Of a stretch of DNA of 64,000 bases, positions 49,548-58,374 are shown piece after piece. The translations under genes were made by a program, and so were the position numbers. Numbering within the stretch: position 1 is the first letter of the stretch; each line of letters starts with the position of its first letter. The notes under the pieces were generated by a model. The model ran no database searches, was not told the origin of the DNA, and saw nothing but the letters and a program-made list of their open reading frames with translations. Where the stretch lies: NCBI GenBank assembly GCA_043801745.1, contig JAZDLR010000010.1:10509-74508 (forward strand), in the 5' to 3' direction. Source of the DNA: Candidatus Komeilibacteria bacterium (lineage in GTDB: Bacteria; Patescibacteriota; Patescibacteriia; UBA1558; 2-01-FULL-52-15).

Positions 49548-51440
49548 TTACGGCGTGCCTAATGATTTGTTTAAGGTTTCGGAAAAATCCTTCTTGGCCT
49601 GCTCAATTTCCAATAACTGTTTGGGATCAGAAGTAATTAATTGATCCTCCGTATAGGAAGCCATGATTTTAATAGCTGCGTGTTTAGCGCCAGCGAAAAA
49701 TATACCCTCACCTACCGCGCTCTCCAGTAATAAATATTTTTCACCTTCAGTCAGCAAGAAAGTCTTCTGCACATTATTAATGGCTGCCGGTGACTGTTTC
49801 AGCAATAATTGCAAAGAAGAATTAGTCACAATCGCCTGACCATAAGGGGATAATAAAAAGTCATTAACATCCTGAGAAATAGTGGTAATGCCCAAATAAT
49901 ATTTGCGGCAGCGTTTGACCAGGGCGTAGATAAATTTAGCACTATCTTCATGCTGCATTAACCACCAAGCCTCATCAATAATCAGTAAGCGTTTCTTAAC
50001 TGAAGAACGGACAATGTTCCAGATATAGTTTATGATCGTATAGATGGCGATGGGGCGTAATTCATCTTCCAAATCACGGACACTAAAAACCACCAGCTGA
50101 TTATCAATATCCACGTTTGTCGGGGCGTTAAATAAACCGGAAAAGGTGCCTTGGGTATATTTCTTAATGCGCAGAGCGATGTCCTCTCCCCCAACCATAT
50201 CTAGCAACACCTCCTCAAAATCCGACATCAGAGGCATACTGCGCTGACCCCAATCAGATCCCGGGGTAATATCTTTCTTGGCGTAAGTTTCCAGCAGGGC
50301 CCGGTCAACAATCGAATCTTCCTCATTGGTCAAAACGCCGACCATCAAGCGCACCAAACCTTTGAGCGTAATAACCGCGCTGCGTAAAATATCTTCCGGG
50401 TGAGCATCGCCTAATTTACGCGGCAAATCAAAAGGGTTAAGTTTGCTTTCCGAATTGAGTGATAAATTAACATAAGTACCACCAACCGAATCTGATAAAT
50501 GCAAATACTCTTTTTCCGGATCAATAATGATCACGTCCGTGCCCAACATCATACTGCGCAAGACTTCGAGTTTAACAGCATAACTTTTGCCGGCGCCAGA
50601 AGTGGCAAAAACTACTGAATTGGCATTTTGCAAACTGAAACGGTCAAAAATTATTAAACTGTTATTGTGGCGGTTGATACCATACATAATGCCATTATCT
50701 GAGGTCAGCTCTGAAGACACAAAAGGAAAGGAAGCGGCGGCCGGTGAACTGCTCATATTAGCCGTAACGGAAAGCTCGTCATTACCTAAAGGTAAGGTGG
50801 AATTAAAACCTTGCTCCGTCTGATAGAAAGCCCGGCGCGACATCACTAAATGAGCACCCAACAAATTTTCAATTTTATCGGAAGCGTTATCCAGGGCCTC
50901 TTTAGTTTCGGCGTAGACAGTAATATACAGAGCATTCTGAAAAAACCTTTCTGTACCCTGACTTAAAGAATCGCGCAAAGCTTCAATATCGGCTAAGGCT
51001 GTTTCCTGCACCGGATCACGCGGGGAGCCTTTCTCCCGGTCGGAAATAATTTGTGCTTCGATCACGCCGACTTTCTTCTTCAGCTGTTTTAAAACCATAG
51101 TGCTGTCAACCGGATAAAAGAACATGGCAATATCCAAAGGCAAACTATAATTAATAATCGGTGCGAACCAACTTATGGTAACGTAACGGGGATAAGCAAT
51201 AACAAAAATTGTCCGGGCAAATAATGGTCCGAGGCGCAAAAAATTAACATCAACCTGAAAAGAAGAAGGCGCAATAATATCACGAATACTGACAACACCC
51301 TGACGAAAAAATTTCTCCGCCTCCAAAATGCCGATCTCTTCTTGAGTTTTTTCCTTCAGCTCTTCTTCCTGCTGGAAAACATTCTTCGGCGGTATATCCG
51401 CGGCGGCGTAAGAGCGTTTCAGTTCTTTGGGTTCGATCAT
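49548..51440 (-). CDS. virB4: VirB4-like T4SS ATPase
   Basis: ATSGAGKS, IIDPEKEY, LNPFD, LIIDEAW, RCRKY. Confidence 0.93.
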   Translation of the reverse strand: MIEPKELKRSYAAADIPPKNVFQQEEELKEKTQEEIGILEAEKFFRQGVVSIRDIIAPSSFQVDVNFLRLGPLFARTIFVIAYPRYVTISWFAPIINYSLPLDIAMFFYPVDSTMVLKQLKKKVGVIEAQIISDREKGSPRDPVQETALADIEALRDSLSQGTERFFQNALYITVYAETKEALDNASDKIENLLGAHLVMSRRAFYQTEQGFNSTLPLGNDELSVTANMSSSPAAASFPFVSSELTSDNGIMYGINRHNNSLIIFDRFSLQNANSVVFATSGAGKSYAVKLEVLRSMMLGTDVIIIDPEKEYLHLSDSVGGTYVNLSLNSESKLNPFDLPRKLGDAHPEDILRSAVITLKGLVRLMVGVLTNEEDSIVDRALLETYAKKDITPGSDWGQRSMPLMSDFEEVLLDMVGGEDIALRIKKYTQGTFSGLFNAPTNVDIDNQLVVFSVRDLEDELRPIAIYTIINYIWNIVRSSVKKRLLIIDEAWWLMQHEDSAKFIYALVKRCRKYYLGITTISQDVNDFLLSPYGQAIVTNSSLQLLLKQSPAAINNVQKTFLLTEGEKYLLLESAVGEGIFFAGAKHAAIKIMASYTEDQLITSDPKQLLEIEQAKKDFSETLNKSLGTP

Positions 51441-52117
51441 TGGCTCAACGATAGCTGATTAATGTCTTCCAGCGGCTGGCTTTTAGTCATAGTAGGATTA
51501 TAGCTGTTGTAATACAACTCAATTAATGCCTGAGTATCCAATCGTTGCACCTGTAAACCCATACTAGTTAAACCGGAGGAAATAAAAATTGACCTTTTAG
51601 TTAATTCACGGGAATATTTATCAAATTTCTCCCGGCCCAAAGCTATGCGCCGGGCTGTAGAAAAAGCTTCCATTAAACGCTCCCAGTATTTCCGTTTCAC
51701 ATCGTGCAAAGGATTATAAGAAACAACCACAAAAAATTTCTTACTCATAATGTCTTCCAGCTCCAGTAATTCAGTGACAAAGTTACGATAATCAGCTGTT
51801 TGCAGGCGTAATAATTCATTAGTGTGTTCTCTTTCGGTCTTCTTTAAACGGTCCAAATATTCATCAATGTTTAGCGGACGCGATTGAACCACGATTTGCA
51901 GAGGCACATTGAGAGAATTTAAAAAGTTAACGTAAGAACCCACCATAGCCTCCTGCTCATCTTCTGATTTCAAATCAAAGTTAATGGACGAGACAATCAA
52001 AACAGCCCGCACCGTGCCATCGCGCATTACTACGACGTCTTCTTTGATTTCAGCTATATCCAGATACTTCTGCGCTGAAGCCAACGAAGTAGTTTTCTTT
52101 TTACGTTCCTTGGCCAT
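51437..52117 (-). CDS. TraC/VirB4 N-terminal-like protein
   Basis: INFDLKSEDEQ, FLNSL..PLQI, LYYNSYNP; between prgI and virB4. Confidence 0.75.
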   Translation of the reverse strand: MAKERKKKTTSLASAQKYLDIAEIKEDVVVMRDGTVRAVLIVSSINFDLKSEDEQEAMVGSYVNFLNSLNVPLQIVVQSRPLNIDEYLDRLKKTEREHTNELLRLQTADYRNFVTELLELEDIMSKKFFVVVSYNPLHDVKRKYWERLMEAFSTARRIALGREKFDKYSRELTKRSIFISSGLTSMGLQVQRLDTQALIELYYNSYNPTMTKSQPLEDINQLSLSQ

Positions 52118-52562
52118 AATTAGATTGATTGGCAAAATTAGCCCGTTCCTCTCCCCGATAAACTCCGCCAGTATCAACCACTAAAGCCAACTCTGACAGC
52201 TTGCGGGCTGATAACCGCGGTTTATTTATCAACTGATCTTCCGCTTTCTGCGGCTGCTTCATTACTTGAGTCACTACATCATCCTCTTTCTGCCAAACCC
52301 GTAAATCCGGTTTAGCAAAACGTGATAAAAAATTCAGAATAAAAATATGCATAGGTGTACCGTTGATTTTCAGGAAAGCGAAGCTGCCGCCAATAGCTAG
52401 AATAATCACGGCCTGAACTAAAAATAGATTAAACTCAAATAACTTATAAACAGTAAAAATTAAAATTCCCGTAACTATTAAAGTAATGAACTGACGGGTT
52501 GTAATACTGCCAATAATCTTGTCTTCAATATCAATAAATTGAGGCACAATGAATTTACGCAT
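52101..52562 (-). CDS. PrgI-family membrane protein
   Basis: VPQFIDIEDKIIG.IT.RQF, two TMs. Confidence 0.88.
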   Translation of the reverse strand: MRKFIVPQFIDIEDKIIGSITTRQFITLIVTGILIFTVYKLFEFNLFLVQAVIILAIGGSFAFLKINGTPMHIFILNFLSRFAKPDLRVWQKEDDVVTQVMKQPQKAEDQLINKPRLSARKLSELALVVDTGGVYRGEERANFANQSNYGQGT

Positions 52563-52563
52563 G

Positions 52564-53736
52564 TTAAAATCTGAGCTGCTTATTAAGGTCAGTCATAGCT
52601 TCAAATTCTTCGGCACTTAAAAAGGGCTGTCCCTGCTGCTGCAATTCCGTAACTATCTGTCCTAAATTACGGCCGTGCTCCAGACCATGATGACCCATAG
52701 CTAAATAAGTTTGATACACACCACTGGAGCGCCAAGCGGCAATAGCTTGCGCTTTTCGGGCTAAAGACTCTTTCTCCAGACTGCCGATTCGTTGCAGTAT
52801 TTTGGCCGCGCGCATGCGCGGATCAGAATCTAAACCACGGAATTCCTCCAAAGTCATGGCAGCTAATTCATCAATACGGCTCATAACTTTGGCCGGCCGT
52901 GCTGCCCGCACCGAAGAGCTTAGACGCACTGGTTCAATCGAAACCGCTCGGCGAATCCGGGGTAAATCTGAAGATGCTGCGGGAGATGCTACCGGCGGCT
53001 CCGGAACTGGGGAAACCGGAGCTGAAGTCCTAGTGGGCAATGGCGGCACTTCAACCCGGAGCTGCGGCTGGGCAGCTGCAGTGACCACTGGAGCTACCGC
53101 TTCAACCCGCTTAATATCGACTGTGGCCGTATTGGCTTCAGCTTCAACCCCTGTTTCAGTAGAGCCCCGCACCACTACTCCATCGGCCATTTCAATTTTA
53201 TCCTTCAAATTCTTAACAATTACCATTATTTTGTCTGCCAAAGCTGGCTCTACTTGTAAACTTTGGATCAGAAATTCCCGGGTAATCACGTAACTTCTAG
53301 CCTGACGGAAATAACTTAGCAGGACACTGATAAATTCCGCCTCTTGCCGCACGTTAAACTTAAGCTGATTCTTTTCCAGTATTTTGGCGGCAATTTTCTC
53401 CACACTATATTTACGTTTGGCCGCTGCCGAAGTCAAATAGCCGGCGATTTTACTCATTTCTGCCTGCAGCTCTTCTTTATCGTCAGGGTGAAAATGAAAT
53501 TCAGCCGTGTCCTGAGGCGCACCAACGCTCGGAGCCGGCAAAAAATGAATATCAGCCGGAATCTGAGCCGGTTGAGTATAATTAGGAGTTGGGGCTGGCG
53601 CTAACGGTATTGCTGGCGGCGTAGCTCCTGAACTCAATGACCCCTTGTGCCAGACTTTAAACTGACCATCAACATCTTTTACTAGAAAAGATGAGTCTGA
53701 CGATGATGACACTACTTGATTAGCCATGGGTAGCAA
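52564..53736 (-). CDS. Hypothetical protein with Pro/Ala-rich linker
   Basis: 390-aa ORF heading the T4SS-like operon; TGGTATAAT upstream. Confidence 0.75.
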   Translation of the reverse strand: MLPMANQVVSSSSDSSFLVKDVDGQFKVWHKGSLSSGATPPAIPLAPAPTPNYTQPAQIPADIHFLPAPSVGAPQDTAEFHFHPDDKEELQAEMSKIAGYLTSAAAKRKYSVEKIAAKILEKNQLKFNVRQEAEFISVLLSYFRQARSYVITREFLIQSLQVEPALADKIMVIVKNLKDKIEMADGVVVRGSTETGVEAEANTATVDIKRVEAVAPVVTAAAQPQLRVEVPPLPTRTSAPVSPVPEPPVASPAASSDLPRIRRAVSIEPVRLSSSVRAARPAKVMSRIDELAAMTLEEFRGLDSDPRMRAAKILQRIGSLEKESLARKAQAIAAWRSSGVYQTYLAMGHHGLEHGRNLGQIVTELQQQGQPFLSAEEFEAMTDLNKQLRF

Positions 53737-53845
53737 AAAATCGCTAAAAATAATGACTATTAACAGCCTAAATTATACCATAAAAGATGTGACAGTACCA
53801 AGATCACTAATGGTCAGTACTGCCGTGAATAACCGGCCAAAAAAA

Positions 53846-55054
53846 TTAAGTTGAGTGCTTTTTCCAGACAGTGATTTCCCGCCCAACTACCTGTCCCTGG
53901 CGGTGATAAACCAAAGTTCCCCGACTAGACAACTCGCGGGCTAGCGCAGTAGCGGCAATTTTTGGCGTAACCAAAGAAAAGCCCAAAGAAGTCAGGTCGT
54001 ACAGTATAGGCAAATAATGTTGCTCACCAGAGATAAAATACACCGGCCAGATCATTACCAGTGTTCCGGCAGGAGATAAAATTGTCTGAACCTGACGGCT
54101 AACTGCCAGATATAATTCAGCTAATTCTTGTTGCAGGACCCGTAAACGTGTCAAAGAAATATGGCGTTGTAGTTCACGCGCCGGTCCCAAATATGGCTCG
54201 GTAACCACGGCATCAATTGAGCCTGGCTGAAAATGCTGACTTAGCTGTTCAGCCGACAAAGTAACCAACTGAACCCGCACCTCTGGCCGCTGCTGTTGTA
54301 ACCAATGAATATTTTTCTCGGCCATGGCCACGGCCCGACTATCATTATCACTGCCATAGAGAGAGCTAAATCCCAATAGAGCGGCTTCCTGGAGAATAGT
54401 GCCTACACCACAGAAAGGATCTAACAAGCTCTGACTGACTTTTAGCTGACTAAAATTAATCATGATCTGCGCTACTTTAGGCGGCAGCATACCACGCTCA
54501 TCATCACGGTCAGGACGTCCATAATCACGCTGGCTGTAAGCAGCAAAGGGCTGCACGGCGCGGGTCAGTCCCACATAAGTCTGCCGTCCGTCAGTAACAA
54601 CAATAAATTCACGATTTAACAATTTGTTTTTGGTGACCGCTACTGACGATAGTATCCCCTCCCTATTAGCGACTAACCGTGCCTGTTTGCCTAATGATTG
54701 TAGGCGGCGCTTTAGCTGCAATCCTATGGTCTGCCAAACTCGGATACTAGAGGCCGGAACCTGATATAAGCTAAAACCAAAAACTATTTTCTTTTGCTCG
54801 TTATCTAAAGGTAGGAAATGCAGTAAATCATCCGGAGTAATAGCATCCGGACGCGGGATAGTATGCACCAATTCGGCAATCTTAATGGTGCCGCCCAGAC
54901 GCGGCATCAGCTCTAACGGATTAATGGCAGCGCGTACAACTAAGGCTGCCGGACTAATCATGATCACATCAGACTGTTTTAGCTGAAGAACAATAAATAA
55001 TTCCTCCGCTGACAGCGCCGGACTGTGTCCTAAAATGAAAATCCAGGATGACAT
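53846..55054 (-). CDS. Trm11/TrmG10-like RNA methyltransferase
   Basis: RLGGTIKI, MLPPKVA, LLDPFCGVGT, VTEPYLG. Confidence 0.85.
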   Translation of the reverse strand: MSSWIFILGHSPALSAEELFIVLQLKQSDVIMISPAALVVRAAINPLELMPRLGGTIKIAELVHTIPRPDAITPDDLLHFLPLDNEQKKIVFGFSLYQVPASSIRVWQTIGLQLKRRLQSLGKQARLVANREGILSSVAVTKNKLLNREFIVVTDGRQTYVGLTRAVQPFAAYSQRDYGRPDRDDERGMLPPKVAQIMINFSQLKVSQSLLDPFCGVGTILQEAALLGFSSLYGSDNDSRAVAMAEKNIHWLQQQRPEVRVQLVTLSAEQLSQHFQPGSIDAVVTEPYLGPARELQRHISLTRLRVLQQELAELYLAVSRQVQTILSPAGTLVMIWPVYFISGEQHYLPILYDLTSLGFSLVTPKIAATALARELSSRGTLVYHRQGQVVGREITVWKKHST

Positions 55055-55074
55055 ATAGCCATTATAACATAAGG

Positions 55075-55243
55075 TTGACATCAATGCTGCCTTATGATAA
55101 TATTTTGCCACTTAGATTTGTTACTTTCTCCCCGCTCGGCGGGGCCAGCGTGACGATCAAAGTAATCCATACCCTTCGAAGTCCCGCCCCTTGGGGCGAG
55201 GACGAAGAATGGGTCCTTAATCATTAAGAATTAAGGTTACATT
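55075..55243 (+). promoter_or_regulatory. rpsF promoter and structured leader
   Basis: TTGACA-17-TAATAT; hairpins ccccgc-tcg-gcgggg and cttcg..gtcc.cgcccc-tt-ggggcg.ggac.gaag. Confidence 0.55.
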
Positions 55244-55732
55244 ATGTCACACTATGAATTAACCTATATTCTGTCGTCAGCCATTGCTGAAACAGACTAC
55301 CCGGCTTTGCAGAAAAGCATTGCCGCTTTGATCGTTTCCCTGGGTAAGGGCAGCATCACCAGTGAGGTCATACTGGGTAGAAAAAAATTGGCCTATCCCA
55401 TAAATAAAGACAAATATGGTCATTACGTGACCGTCGAATTTGACGCTGAAGCTGACAGTATCAAACCGCTTGATAGGGATCTAAAACACAATAACAGCTG
55501 TCTGCGTCATTTGATCATCAGTAAGAAAGTCTTGAGCCCCGAACAGCAAGAAATTGAAGCCAACCGACAGGCTAAAGTCCGGGCCCGCAAAGCTGCAGCT
55601 AAAAACGTGATCATACCTTCAGCCACGGCAGCTGAACCGGAGATTAAAAAAACATCTAAACCCAAGACCAAAATCACCCTGGATAAATTGGATGAAAAAT
55701 TGGACGAGTTACTAGGTCAAGAACTAAAATAA
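55244..55732 (+). CDS. rpsF: 30S ribosomal protein S6 (C-terminal extension)
   Basis: YELTYI, GRKKLAYPI, LRHLI. Confidence 0.96.
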   Translation: MSHYELTYILSSAIAETDYPALQKSIAALIVSLGKGSITSEVILGRKKLAYPINKDKYGHYVTVEFDAEADSIKPLDRDLKHNNSCLRHLIISKKVLSPEQQEIEANRQAKVRARKAAAKNVIIPSATAAEPEIKKTSKPKTKITLDKLDEKLDELLGQELK

Positions 55733-55762
55733 ATTCACCGGGGTAAGAGAAGCTCACCCTAC

Positions 55763-55794
55763 AACCTAATTCCTAAAGCCTAATTCCTAATTCT
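55763..55794. repeat. Heptamer tandem repeat (NNCCTAA)n
   Basis: aacctaa ttcctaa agcctaa ttcctaa. Confidence 0.7.
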
Positions 55795-56244
55795 ATGGAT
55801 CTCAATCGAGTCACGCTTATCGGTAATGTGGTCCGCGATCCTGAATCACGCACCACTCCTACCGGTCAGACCGTAGTGTCCTTTTCAATAGCTACCAATC
55901 TGACTTGGACTGACAAAAACGGTCAACGCCAACAAAAAGCCGAGTTCCACAACATTGTCGCTTGGCGCAAATTGGCGGAAATTATCAGCCAATATGTTAA
56001 GAAAGGCAGCAAAATTTTTTTGGAAGGACGCCTGGAAACCCGCACCTGGGATGACCAAAATGCCATTAAGCATTACCGCTCAGAAATTATTGCCGACAAT
56101 CTTATCATGCTGGACCGCGCCAATACTGCTGGCGGTTCTAGCCGGCCGCAAACTAATAACACTCCGGCTGCGCCGCAATCAACTGAAGAACCAGTGATTC
56201 CGGTTGATGAGCAGGAAATTAATGTTGAAGATATACCCTTTTAA
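55795..56244 (+). CDS. ssb: Single-stranded DNA-binding protein
   Basis: LNRVTLIGN, EFHNIVAW, terminal DIPF. Confidence 0.98.
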   Translation: MDLNRVTLIGNVVRDPESRTTPTGQTVVSFSIATNLTWTDKNGQRQQKAEFHNIVAWRKLAEIISQYVKKGSKIFLEGRLETRTWDDQNAIKHYRSEIIADNLIMLDRANTAGGSSRPQTNNTPAAPQSTEEPVIPVDEQEINVEDIPF

Positions 56245-56253
56245 TTACTTACT

Positions 56254-56469
56254 ATGGACAAAGAAACTAAAAAATACTGCTTCTTCTGTGTCAATGCTAT
56301 TTCCAGTATTGACTACAAGAACACTCAGATGCTTCAGCGCTTCACCTCTTCCTACGCCAAAATCGTACCTAAACGGCGCAGTGGCGTCTGTTCCAAGCAT
56401 CAACGCAAATTAGCCCTGGCCATCAAACGGGCCCGCTTCTTGGCGCTGCTGCCTTATATTGCTAAATAA
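56254..56469 (+). CDS. rpsR: 30S ribosomal protein S18 (Zn-binding type)
   Basis: CFFC, IDYK, CSKHQR, AIKRAR..LLPY. Confidence 0.98.
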   Translation: MDKETKKYCFFCVNAISSIDYKNTQMLQRFTSSYAKIVPKRRSGVCSKHQRKLALAIKRARFLALLPYIAK

Positions 56470-56474
56470 ACTCT

Positions 56475-57032
56475 ATGTTGGGACTAAGTGATATCAAACT
56501 CGGCACGGTTTTAAGTTTAAATAACGAACCGTATCAGGTTGTTTATACGCAACACATTAAGGTTGCCCGTGGCGGCGCTACTCTACGGACTAAATTAAAG
56601 AACCTGGTAACCGGCTCAACCTTAGAAAAATCCTTTTCCGGCGCCGATAAAGCCGAGGAAGCCGATCTAACCCGCTCGGCCGCAAATTTTCTTTATGAAC
56701 AAGGCGGTAAGACGGTTTTCATGGATAATGCCAATTTCGAACAATACGAATTTGACCCGGATGTTTTGGGTGAAGGCCGGAAGTATCTGAAAGAGGGACA
56801 AACCTGTGACGTTCTGATCTTTAATGGCCGAGCTGTGACTGTGGCCTTACCCAAAAAAGTAACCTTAAAAGTGACCTCCGCTCCTCCGGGAGTCAAGGGC
56901 GATACCAGCGGCAGCGCTACTAAAACCGTGACTTTAGAAACTGGTTTAGAAATACGCACGCCGCTTTTTATTAAAGAGGGCGAAGATATCGTTATCAACA
57001 CGGAAACCGGCGATTACTACGCGCGGGCTTAA
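56475..57032 (+). CDS. efp: Elongation factor P
   Basis: KVARGGA loop, PGVKGDT, LETG, PLFI. Confidence 0.97.
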   Translation: MLGLSDIKLGTVLSLNNEPYQVVYTQHIKVARGGATLRTKLKNLVTGSTLEKSFSGADKAEEADLTRSAANFLYEQGGKTVFMDNANFEQYEFDPDVLGEGRKYLKEGQTCDVLIFNGRAVTVALPKKVTLKVTSAPPGVKGDTSGSATKTVTLETGLEIRTPLFIKEGEDIVINTETGDYYARA

Positions 57033-57055
57033 TAACCTATTGTCAAAATTGCCTG

Positions 57056-57081
57056 AAGAGATGCACGATAGCGCATCTCTT
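57056..57081. terminator. Terminator hairpin between convergent genes
   Basis: aagagatgc-8nt-gcatctctt. Confidence 0.6.
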
Positions 57082-57112
57082 AATTTATTATTGATAACGA
57101 TAATGGGCGGCT

Positions 57113-58357
57113 TTATTTTCCTTCAACAATAAAAGCGCTGCCACTAAAAATTACTTCCCGCAACCGGAACTCTCCCCGCATCATATCAATATAGGCAGCT
57201 GAATCCAGACCAGCTAATTGACTGATATACTGGCCAATCATAGCAGTCTGCACTGAAGAAAAGTGTAATTTTTCCTGTAAGACTAGTTGTAAAAAAAGAA
57301 TCACGCTGGCCAGTGAACCATCCGGCTGCCAGCGGTGTTTAGCCTGCTCACCGAAACGTACGCCAATTGACCGACGGACAATACCATTAATACGCAAATC
57401 ACTGGCAATAACCTCTACCAGCATTTTCTTTTGTGCCAGTAGTACCAAAGCAGTAATTATACGGTCTTTATCCTCCAACCCCAGGCCATTCCAGAGAATA
57501 TCGGCTAAACGCCTAGACTGACCAGCGATTTCAACTTCAATGCCGGCAGCCTTATTAGCTATTATTGTCTGCAGATTCTGAACATAATCACGGTAAGTGC
57601 TGGCAATTTCAGCAATATCAACTACTGCTTGTGTCGGCTGCTTGGGACGATCGGGAGTATTTTCGGCGGCTAAAGGTTTAACAGTTAATTCTGTCCCCTC
57701 CAGGTGAAACCGTGCCGCTGTGCCGTCACCATAACAAATTAAAAAATTCAACAAATTTTCTGTCTCTTCGTTGGATAATTTCCTGACATTAAGGCTGCGC
57801 ACCAGATACTGGCTGCGTGCCAGGCCATCATTCATAACTGGACCCATTAACCGCAGGAAATCTTTTAACCAATTTTCTATAGTGGGATCAACCGCCTGTC
57901 CTGCAGCATCCAGTAGGGGCCGATGAGTTAATAAGGCATAACGGTGTTCACTTTTTTGATCCAAAAAATCCCGGGCAGTTAACTGTTGGTTCTGCCCTGA
58001 TAACGCCGCCGACGCCGGAGCTGCCACTTCAGCCGGTACTTTACCGCCCAAACGTTCAATTAAGCTGTCTACGCCCGGCAGATAATGATGCAGCGGCCAG
58101 AGGCGGCGCTCGGCCAGTGCCAGAGCCAAAGCCCGCACATCAATACCGGCTAACGGCAGCTTAGCTAGCGCGGCGGGCAAATCAACCGGAACAGTATTAC
58201 CGGTAAAAACAGCTGCCAACACAGTCAATACTGCCTGCAACTGCTTGAGGGTTAATTTAAAATCAGCGGCTATGGCTATATTGGCATCCACGGCCGCTTC
58301 AGTAAAAATAAGGTCTTGAACTTCTTCAGGTAATTGCTGCAAAGAAGCTACGGGCAT
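57113..58357 (-). CDS. Hypothetical protein
   Basis: 414-aa ORF downstream of virB6-like gene; no recognised motif. Confidence 0.75.
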   Translation of the reverse strand: MPVASLQQLPEEVQDLIFTEAAVDANIAIAADFKLTLKQLQAVLTVLAAVFTGNTVPVDLPAALAKLPLAGIDVRALALALAERRLWPLHHYLPGVDSLIERLGGKVPAEVAAPASAALSGQNQQLTARDFLDQKSEHRYALLTHRPLLDAAGQAVDPTIENWLKDFLRLMGPVMNDGLARSQYLVRSLNVRKLSNEETENLLNFLICYGDGTAARFHLEGTELTVKPLAAENTPDRPKQPTQAVVDIAEIASTYRDYVQNLQTIIANKAAGIEVEIAGQSRRLADILWNGLGLEDKDRIITALVLLAQKKMLVEVIASDLRINGIVRRSIGVRFGEQAKHRWQPDGSLASVILFLQLVLQEKLHFSSVQTAMIGQYISQLAGLDSAAYIDMMRGEFRLREVIFSGSAFIVEGK

Positions 58358-58374
58358 AATTTCGGCCTAACATT

